Assembly: GCA_015065105.1 (NCBI GenBank)
Contig: SVQZ01000006.1
Span: 28,274 to 92,273 of the forward strand
DNA: 64,000 nucleotides
Reading direction: 5' to 3'
DNA from: Oscillospiraceae bacterium
Lineage (GTDB): Bacteria > Bacillota > Clostridia > Oscillospirales > CAG-272
Shown here: positions 57,992 through 64,000 of the stretch, one piece after another
Layout of the letters: each line of letters begins with the position of its first letter
Numbering within the stretch: position 1 is the first letter of the stretch
Notes under the pieces: generated by a model
The model's input: the letters and a program-made list of their open reading frames with translations, nothing else
Database searches by the model: none
What the model was told of the DNA's origin: nothing
Program-made: the position numbers and the translations under genes

Positions 57992-59656
57992 ATGGCTAAA
58001 TTCTGCGGAAAATGCGGTGCTCCCCTGCCCGAGGGAAGTGATATCTGCGAAAGATGCGCCTTAAAGGGAAAAAAGCCTGATATCGAGATAGTAAGGCAGA
58101 CTCCGAATTTGAAAAATGCACAAAAGGCAATAAAAAAGAAGAGATTTTTCACCCTTACCGCCGTTGTTGCGATCCTTCTTGCGTCGGCTCTTCTTCTGGG
58201 AGGCTCGGCGCTTCTTATAAAGAATATTATAGATAACAGGCAAAGCGTTGGCGAGACTCCTTCTGATGAGGAGCTTTACAGAGAGATACTTGAGGATATC
58301 ATATCCAAAAAGAACAAAAAGCAGCATGAGTATATCTATGCTCTCGGACTCGGGAGCGCAGATATGGCATACGTCATAAAGGATATTGACGAAAACGGCA
58401 CAAAGGAGCTTCTTGTTTACAGTCCCGATGATCCGAAATCCCTTGTATATGAATGCTATACCGTAGCAAAGGATAAAGCGCTCTGCCTTATAAAGAGCGA
58501 GGAAAACAAAAAAGCCTATGCTTTGAAAAACGGAGGTCTTCTTCTTTCATGGTCGGCAAGCGCTGTTGAATGGGGCGAGGACAGATACGTTATAAATGAT
58601 GACGGCGACGGGATCGACTTTGTTGACAGAGTTGCCTTTGACCGCGTTTATGCCGAGGATGAATCACCCACCGATGAGGAGTGCGCCGACGGCGACTGCT
58701 ATTTTTATACCGATACCGCTCCCGAAAAGAGCGAATACGAGCATATAAGCTATGAAGAGGCGGAGGATAAGAGAAATACAAACGAAAAGGACAAGCTTGT
58801 TCTTGAAGGCGATACTCTTGATAAATATGAGCATAGCTTTGAATCGGTAACAGAAACAGATGCTCCCAAGGAAACGGAAACGGATATGCCAGAGCAAACA
58901 AAAGAGACCGGGGAAGAGGAGTCTCCCGAGGATACTTTTTCTTCGGTATCCGAGGACGTTATATATGATGAATATATACACAGCGCTCTTACTCTCTATG
59001 ACAGCACCGCCGATCTTTACAGTGATTACGGTGCAGTAGGCGTTTTTTCCGCTCTTACCGATGACCTTGACGGCGATTTGCAAAAGGAGCTTATCACCTT
59101 TGAGCTTGTGAAGGATGAAAGCGATAGGTACTGCATCAGGATGAATCTCTATAAGATAAAGGATGACGGGGTCATCTTCTGCGATACTATTGAAAATATC
59201 CGTGCTTCGGGTGCAGGTGTATTTGCAAATCAGATATGCGCTTACCGTGACGGAGCTGTCATAAGGATAGAGAGCTACGCTACCTCTTTGGGCGGAAGCA
59301 TTATGAACAATGATTTTTACGCATTTTCGGTCATACAGGATAAGATAGTTATGGAGGAGCATTTCAACGACTATTCCTATTACCGATATGACGAAGAGTC
59401 AAGAAGCGATCTTAAAAGAGGTAAGGATTACTCAAGCTTTGCAGAATTCAGTGCGGCTCTTGAGGAGGCAGGCTTTATGTTCAACGCTCACTATCATTGC
59501 GGAACTCAGAGCGGCTTTGACGTGATCAGAAACGATTACAGAAGCTGGGAGGAGTTTAAGGGGGATCATATATTCACCTTCGTCGATTCTCTTGATATGT
59601 TCGCCCAAGGAAACCACGGATTTATTCACGATAATACAGGAATCTCAACTTATTAA
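57992..59656 (+). CDS. zinc-ribbon domain membrane protein
   Basis: N-terminal CGKCGAPLPEGSDICERC zinc ribbon, one TM, large extracytoplasmic region. Confidence 0.55.
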   Translation: MAKFCGKCGAPLPEGSDICERCALKGKKPDIEIVRQTPNLKNAQKAIKKKRFFTLTAVVAILLASALLLGGSALLIKNIIDNRQSVGETPSDEELYREILEDIISKKNKKQHEYIYALGLGSADMAYVIKDIDENGTKELLVYSPDDPKSLVYECYTVAKDKALCLIKSEENKKAYALKNGGLLLSWSASAVEWGEDRYVINDDGDGIDFVDRVAFDRVYAEDESPTDEECADGDCYFYTDTAPEKSEYEHISYEEAEDKRNTNEKDKLVLEGDTLDKYEHSFESVTETDAPKETETDMPEQTKETGEEESPEDTFSSVSEDVIYDEYIHSALTLYDSTADLYSDYGAVGVFSALTDDLDGDLQKELITFELVKDESDRYCIRMNLYKIKDDGVIFCDTIENIRASGAGVFANQICAYRDGAVIRIESYATSLGGSIMNNDFYAFSVIQDKIVMEEHFNDYSYYRYDEESRSDLKRGKDYSSFAEFSAALEEAGFMFNAHYHCGTQSGFDVIRNDYRSWEEFKGDHIFTFVDSLDMFAQGNHGFIHDNTGISTY

Positions 59657-59822
59657 AGGTTTTACGCAGGCAAATAAAAAGTATCGAACCGATTCGGTTC
59701 TTCGGACTGCCTAAAAGTCGGCCGTCCTTGAGAAGGAAAACTATATTAAGTTTAATTTACGGCAAAAAACAGATATAGTTTTTAAATATCAGCTTCCGAT
59801 AAAATTTAATAAGCGCTAAAAT

Positions 59823-59856
59823 GCGGTGTGAACGTTGAATTCACACCGCGTTTTTT
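59823..59856 (+). terminator. rho-independent terminator
   Basis: gcggtgtgaa-cgttgaa-ttcacaccgc-g plus tttttt. Confidence 0.75.
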
Positions 59857-60005
59857 AATGTATAGGAAATTGCTGTGCCTCGTGAGATCGAAGAATCGGT
59901 TGATCGCTAATTGTTGGGGCGGAATTGGGTGCGGCAACTTGCCGCTTTTTAAATTTAAAGGAAATTGCTCCACTTCGGGCAACAGAATGAAGCGGTTTTC
60001 AAAAG
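59857..60005 (+). repeat. type-C copy plus truncated type-A-like copy of the intergenic repeat family
   Basis: 59857-59950: AATGTATAGGAAATTGCTGTGCCTCGTGAGATCGAAGAATCGGTTGATCGC...GGGTGCGGCAACTTGCCGCTTTTT. From 59951: AAATTTAAAGGAAATTGCTCCACTTCGGGCAAC... Confidence 0.85.
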
Positions 60006-60007
60006 CT

Positions 60008-60505
60008 TTATTCCGGCTCCCCTGTGCTGTTGTCCGTATCCTCGGGCTCCTGTGAAGGAGTGTCGGAGGTGTTGTTATCGGGAGTGTCATTCTCGTCGGG
60101 AGCATCGGTCTCTTCGGGTTCGGTCTCCTCAGGCTCGGTCTCCTCAGGCTCGGTCTCCTCGGGCTCAGTCTCCTTGGACTCAGTCTCCTTGGACTCAGTC
60201 TCCTTGGGTTCGGTCTCCTTTTCCTTTTCGCTTTCCTCCTCATCCTCATCTTCTTCACTCTCTTCTTCTTCGTCATTGAGAGTATCGTCTGAATAGAGGT
60301 CCTTTTCGGGGTCTGCAGGCTCCTTTTCACCGTCATCCTCGGGAAGAGTGTCTATTACAACTCCCGAATCCTTGGAGCCGGAATCCTTTTTCTTTTTGTT
60401 TGATGAAGGGATATCGACAAAAAGAAGGAGAAGGAGTGTAATAAGAAGCACTCCTGCCACTATGGCAAGGATAAGATTCGTTCTTTTATAACTGTCCTTT
60501 TTCAT
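60008..60505 (-). CDS. membrane-anchored acidic repeat protein
   Basis: Start reset to ATG 60505 (AGGAAG upstream, just after the hom stop). One TM. The tail is KETESKETESKETEPEETEPEETEPEETEPEE. Confidence 0.5.
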   Translation of the reverse strand: MKKDSYKRTNLILAIVAGVLLITLLLLLFVDIPSSNKKKKDSGSKDSGVVIDTLPEDDGEKEPADPEKDLYSDDTLNDEEEESEEDEDEEESEKEKETEPKETESKETESKETEPEETEPEETEPEETEPEETDAPDENDTPDNNTSDTPSQEPEDTDNSTGEPE

Positions 60506-60516
60506 GGCTTCTTCCT

Positions 60517-61581
60517 TTATTTGCAAAGGGGTGTACCAACTCGGGCTTCATAATCAGCCTTCATGGGATCTGTCATTTCGCTTGTAACGTTTTCGCTCTT
60601 TACCCACTGTTGCTGTTCGGGTTGATTACCCAGGCAGCGGCAGATGTCGATGATATCGGCTACAACCGCACTTGCGGTGGGAAGGCTTCCTGCGCCTGCG
60701 CCGTAGAACATTACGTCTCCGAGGGTGTTACCGCGTACGAGAACTGCGTTGAAAACGTCATCAACGGTGGAGAGGGGATTGGAATTGTTTACGGCTACAG
60801 GAGAAACTGCCATATAAAGCTTGCCGTCCCCGCGCTTTGCGGCTCTTGCCACAAGCTTGATAGCCTGACCGTTAGCCTCTGCCTTTTCAACGTCCTCTGT
60901 GGTTATTTCGGTGATACCCTTTGTGTCAACAAGATCGCTGGGTACAAGCTCGCCGAATGCAAGGGCGGAAAGTATGCATATCTTACGGCAGGCATCTATA
61001 CCTAAAATATCGGCATCGGGGTTGGCTTCTGCGTAGCCCTTCTGCTGTGCCTCCTTTAAAGCCTCCTGCATGGTTTTGCCGTGGAGCTTCATCTGAGTGA
61101 GAATATAGTTGGTGGTGCCGTTAAGAATACCGTTTATCTCGCATATCTCGTTGCCCACAAGGGAGGTGGACATTGCTCTGATTATCGGAATACCGCCTCC
61201 GACACTTGCCTCAAAGAGGTATCTTACCTTGTTTTCCTTCGCACAAGCCAAAAGCTCTACTCCGTAGTTTGCAACGACCTCCTTGTTTGAGGTAACAACG
61301 CTCTTTCCTGCCTTCATTGCTGCAATCGCAAACTCATATGCGGGATGGGAGCCGCCCATCATTTCGGCAACAACACTTACCTCGGGGTCGTTTAAGATAA
61401 CGTCAAAGTCATGAACTATACGGTCAGCGTATTCGCTTTCGGGGAAATCGCGGAGATCAAGGATATACTTAACTCTTACCTCATCGCCTGCCTGAGCCTT
61501 TACGGTCTCAGCATTTCTCTTGAGGACCTCTGCCGTACCGCTTCCGATAACACCGAAGCCTAAAATTGCTATATTGATCAT
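60517..61581 (-). CDS. hom: homoserine dehydrogenase (no C-terminal ACT domain)
   Basis: INIAILGFGVIGSG NAD-binding N-terminus and a catalytic-domain segment (GILNGTTNYILT, EADPxxD-like AEANPDADILGIDA). Confidence 0.85.
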   Translation of the reverse strand: MINIAILGFGVIGSGTAEVLKRNAETVKAQAGDEVRVKYILDLRDFPESEYADRIVHDFDVILNDPEVSVVAEMMGGSHPAYEFAIAAMKAGKSVVTSNKEVVANYGVELLACAKENKVRYLFEASVGGGIPIIRAMSTSLVGNEICEINGILNGTTNYILTQMKLHGKTMQEALKEAQQKGYAEANPDADILGIDACRKICILSALAFGELVPSDLVDTKGITEITTEDVEKAEANGQAIKLVARAAKRGDGKLYMAVSPVAVNNSNPLSTVDDVFNAVLVRGNTLGDVMFYGAGAGSLPTASAVVADIIDICRCLGNQPEQQQWVKSENVTSEMTDPMKADYEARVGTPLCK

Positions 61582-61626
61582 TTTCTTTTCCGATACCGCC
61601 TTGTGCGGTATCCGTCCTTTCCTTGT

Positions 61627-62892
61627 TTAGTTGTTATAATTAATTTGAATGGTTACTGCATTTGTATTCGTGTTGGCGGGCATTATTCTGAATGCATCCT
61701 TTAACACGGGGTCGGGATATTCCTCGTTCAAGGTGTTGAGCGCCGCGCTGAAATGGGGCGCTATTACCGAGCTTTCGCCCGAAACGGTATATTCAAGCTC
61801 TATATATCCCTTTTTGCTCTTTACCGCCTTTTGGAGAGCGTGATATATGGTATTTTCAAGCTCCTCTTCCTTTGTGACGTGACAGCTTATCTGTTTGTAA
61901 TAATTGTTTGAGAGCCCTGCCTTCGGCAGTACCCCCTCCGAATTATCAAAGGCATGGTCTTTTTTTATTTCCTCGTCAGACATATTGAAATATCCGTGGA
62001 AATACAGACCCTTGTTTTTATCTGCATCGTTATCGTTCCAGGTAACGTCGATGTGGTAGTAATTTGAATCGATGTTTACCATATTCCATACGTGCTCGGC
62101 TCCGTTAGCTGTTCCGAAGACGACCATGGTGTCGATATGTGCGGCTGTGAGAAGCTCCTTTACCGCATAGGCATAGCCGTCACACATAGCCTGACCCTTT
62201 ACCAAAGCTCCGTAGGAGGTGCTTTCAAGCATATCATCGGAAAGAGAGGTATATTTACAATTGTCGGTGATGTAATCGGTCAAGGCGACTTCCTTTTCAA
62301 ATTGGGTCATCGAGGAATCGGCAAGCTTAAGAGCATCCTCGACCGTTTCATCGTATTCGGCTCTCATAGCCTTGATATTCTTTTTTGAATCGATATAGAC
62401 CATACCTATCTTGGTCTTATGGGAGGCATTATAGAGAACGAGATCGTCGAAGCAAACGTAGAAAAGATCGGCACGGTCGGCTCTTATACATGAAATTATA
62501 TGCATAAGGTCGTTCATTGTATAGGAAGTACCGATCACTTCGCTTTCTTCCTTTAAATTTTCCGCCGCTATGGTTATTGAATCGTAGAGAAGCTGTTCAC
62601 GGTAGGACAGCGAATTATAGTAGGCGGAATACAACCTTTCGTTTGAAGGGGTGTTCGCTAACTGATGATCTACGATACGGTGCTTTATCTTTACCGCGCT
62701 GATGCTGACTATAACGGCAAGTGCTGCAAGAAAGAGAAAGTATAGGATATACCGTAGTCTCCTTTTGTTTTTTTCTTCACCGAAAAAGCATCTGCAACGT
62801 GCCGTAAAGGAAGCGAAAGCCTCCTTTGTCAGAAGGGTATTAAATACCGAAATGCGGCTCTTTTTCGCCCTTTTATTATCTTTATTCTTCAT
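61627..62892 (-). CDS. transglutaminase-like cysteine peptidase domain protein, membrane anchored
   Basis: TM near the N-terminus. Core motif GQAMCDGYAYA...AEHVWNMVNIDSNYYHIDVTWND (Cys-His-Asp triad layout). Confidence 0.7.
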   Translation of the reverse strand: MKNKDNKRAKKSRISVFNTLLTKEAFASFTARCRCFFGEEKNKRRLRYILYFLFLAALAVIVSISAVKIKHRIVDHQLANTPSNERLYSAYYNSLSYREQLLYDSITIAAENLKEESEVIGTSYTMNDLMHIISCIRADRADLFYVCFDDLVLYNASHKTKIGMVYIDSKKNIKAMRAEYDETVEDALKLADSSMTQFEKEVALTDYITDNCKYTSLSDDMLESTSYGALVKGQAMCDGYAYAVKELLTAAHIDTMVVFGTANGAEHVWNMVNIDSNYYHIDVTWNDNDADKNKGLYFHGYFNMSDEEIKKDHAFDNSEGVLPKAGLSNNYYKQISCHVTKEEELENTIYHALQKAVKSKKGYIELEYTVSGESSVIAPHFSAALNTLNEEYPDPVLKDAFRIMPANTNTNAVTIQINYNN

Positions 62893-63044
62893 AAAGAGTA
62901 TAATAGCATTTTTTTGTTGACTATATTTGAATTAAGCATGAATAGTATGTTAACATAAAAGGTGTGCAGAATTTTCTGCACACCTTAAAATCTTTTATAT
63001 TATTTTATTACCGAAAAACCTTCGGTTTAGTGATGAAGCCGATA

Positions 63045-64000
63045 TTACTTCTTGCCGAAGAGGGAAGAGAAGAATCCGCCCTTTTCTTCGGTTGCGGGAG
63101 CTTCAGCCTTGGGAGCTTCTGCCGGCTTGGGAGCTTCAACCTTGGGCTCTGCCTTGGGAGCATCGTTTACGGGTCTGGGCTGCTGGGGTCTGCGTTCGCT
63201 GTTGTAATTGTTGTTACGGGGACCGTTATTGTTACGGGGGCCTCTGTCGCCGCCCTGACGGGGACCTCTGTCGCCGCCCTGTCTGGGAGCGCGTTCCTTG
63301 GGAACGTAATCGGCATAAGCAAGGTTCATTCTGCCCTTTTCGTCAACACCGAGGAACTTAACCTTGAAGTCATCGCCGACCTTAACGATATCCTCAACCT
63401 TTTCAACTCTGTGGTCTGCAAGCTTGGAGATGTGGACCATACCCTCCTTGCCGGGAGCAAATTCAACAAATGCGCCGATCTCGATAACTCTTGTTACCTT
63501 ACCGTCATATACCTGGCCTGCTTCGGGCTCAAATACGATATTCTTGATGATCTCCTGTGCCTGGAGAGCGCCGTCACGGTTAACAGATGCGATGTAGATG
63601 GTACCGTCTTCCTCGATATCGATCTTGGCACCGGTATCTGCAACGATCTTCTGAATAACCTTACCGCCTGTACCGATAACCTCGCGGATCTTGTCAACGT
63701 CGATGTTCATTGTGATCATCTTGGGAGCGTACTTGGAAACCTCTGCGCGAGGCTCTTCAATTGCCTTGAGAATATACTCGTCAATGATATAGTCTCTGCC
63801 CTTATGGGTGGTCTCAAGAGCGCTCTTGATGATCTCGGGGGTAAGACCGTCGATCTTTAAGTCCATCTGAATGGAGGTGATACCCTTATGAGTACCTGCT
63901 ACCTTGAAGTCCATATCGCCGTAGAAGTCCTCAAGACCCTGAATGTCGATCATGGTCATCCATCTTTCACCCTCGGTGATAAGACCGCAGGAGATACCTG
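63045..64000 (-). CDS. pnp: polyribonucleotide nucleotidyltransferase (PNPase), C-terminal part; 5' end outside window
   Basis: GDMDFKVAGT, a KH domain (IREVIGTGGKVIQKI) and an S1 domain (GKVTRVIEIGAFVEF). The frame stays open upstream of the track's internal Met through position 64000 (..GISCGLITEGERWMTMIDIQ). Confidence 0.9.
   Translation of the reverse strand, partial: GISCGLITEGERWMTMIDIQGLEDFYGDMDFKVAGTHKGITSIQMDLKIDGLTPEIIKSALETTHKGRDYIIDEYILKAIEEPRAEVSKYAPKMITMNIDVDKIREVIGTGGKVIQKIVADTGAKIDIEEDGTIYIASVNRDGALQAQEIIKNIVFEPEAGQVYDGKVTRVIEIGAFVEFAPGKEGMVHISKLADHRVEKVEDIVKVGDDFKVKFLGVDEKGRMNLAYADYVPKERAPRQGGDRGPRQGGDRGPRNNNGPRNNNYNSERRPQQPRPVNDAPKAEPKVEAPKPAEAPKAEAPATEEKGGFFSSLFGKK

Overview
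The window looks like a Clostridia-type Firmicutes chromosome. The cues are SLH-domain surface enzymes, a SigI/RsgI pair, a sortase-pilus locus and an ECF folT behind a THF riboswitch. By eye it is roughly 50-60% G+C. Most of it is ordinary: housekeeping genes (glycerate kinase, TrmH, FolC/FolT, NifS-type desulfurase, ribokinase, RuvX, homoserine dehydrogenase, PNPase) and surface or carbohydrate genes (GH18, two SLH metallophosphoesterases, a GH94-like enzyme, a giant beta-helix protein).

The main finding is a ~5.5 kb AT-rich islet (about 30% G+C on sampled lines, ~3400-8935) lying right after a tRNA-Leu/tRNA-fMet pair. It has only two genes:
- a 1014-aa protein with an unrecognisable ~480-aa N-terminal region, a long coiled coil and a McrB-like AAA+ NTPase domain;
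- a 599-aa McrC-like protein with a C-terminal PD-(D/E)xK nuclease motif.
I read this as a divergent McrBC / coiled-coil-nuclease (CoCoNuT-like) type IV restriction or defence module. It has no methyltransferase and no integrase.

Its tRNA-proximal border is unusual. A 228-bp unit containing the last 25 nt of tRNA-fMet plus its terminator is tandemly duplicated. A third copy of the tRNA 3' core is split by a 67-bp insert.

The second notable signal is a dense family of modular ~95-bp intergenic repeats, at least 12 copies. Each has the conserved head TTTAATNTATAGGAAATTGC, one of three body types, and a GC-hairpin plus T-run tail. They always sit just after a host terminator and are often chained head to tail.

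Other points of interest:
- an orphan phage-type replication module with iteron-like 15-bp repeats inside the gene;
- a pilus locus whose 1443-aa adhesin carries a CHAP-like domain with the catalytic Cys and His replaced;
- a low-GC CorA-like two-gene module;
- an RsgI with a PepSY sensor domain and a poly-Asp tail, next to a PepSY lipoprotein paralogue;
- a hairpin-dense 302-bp intergenic segment bounded by 26-bp palindromic direct repeats.

All domain calls come from motif recognition by eye. No database searches were run.
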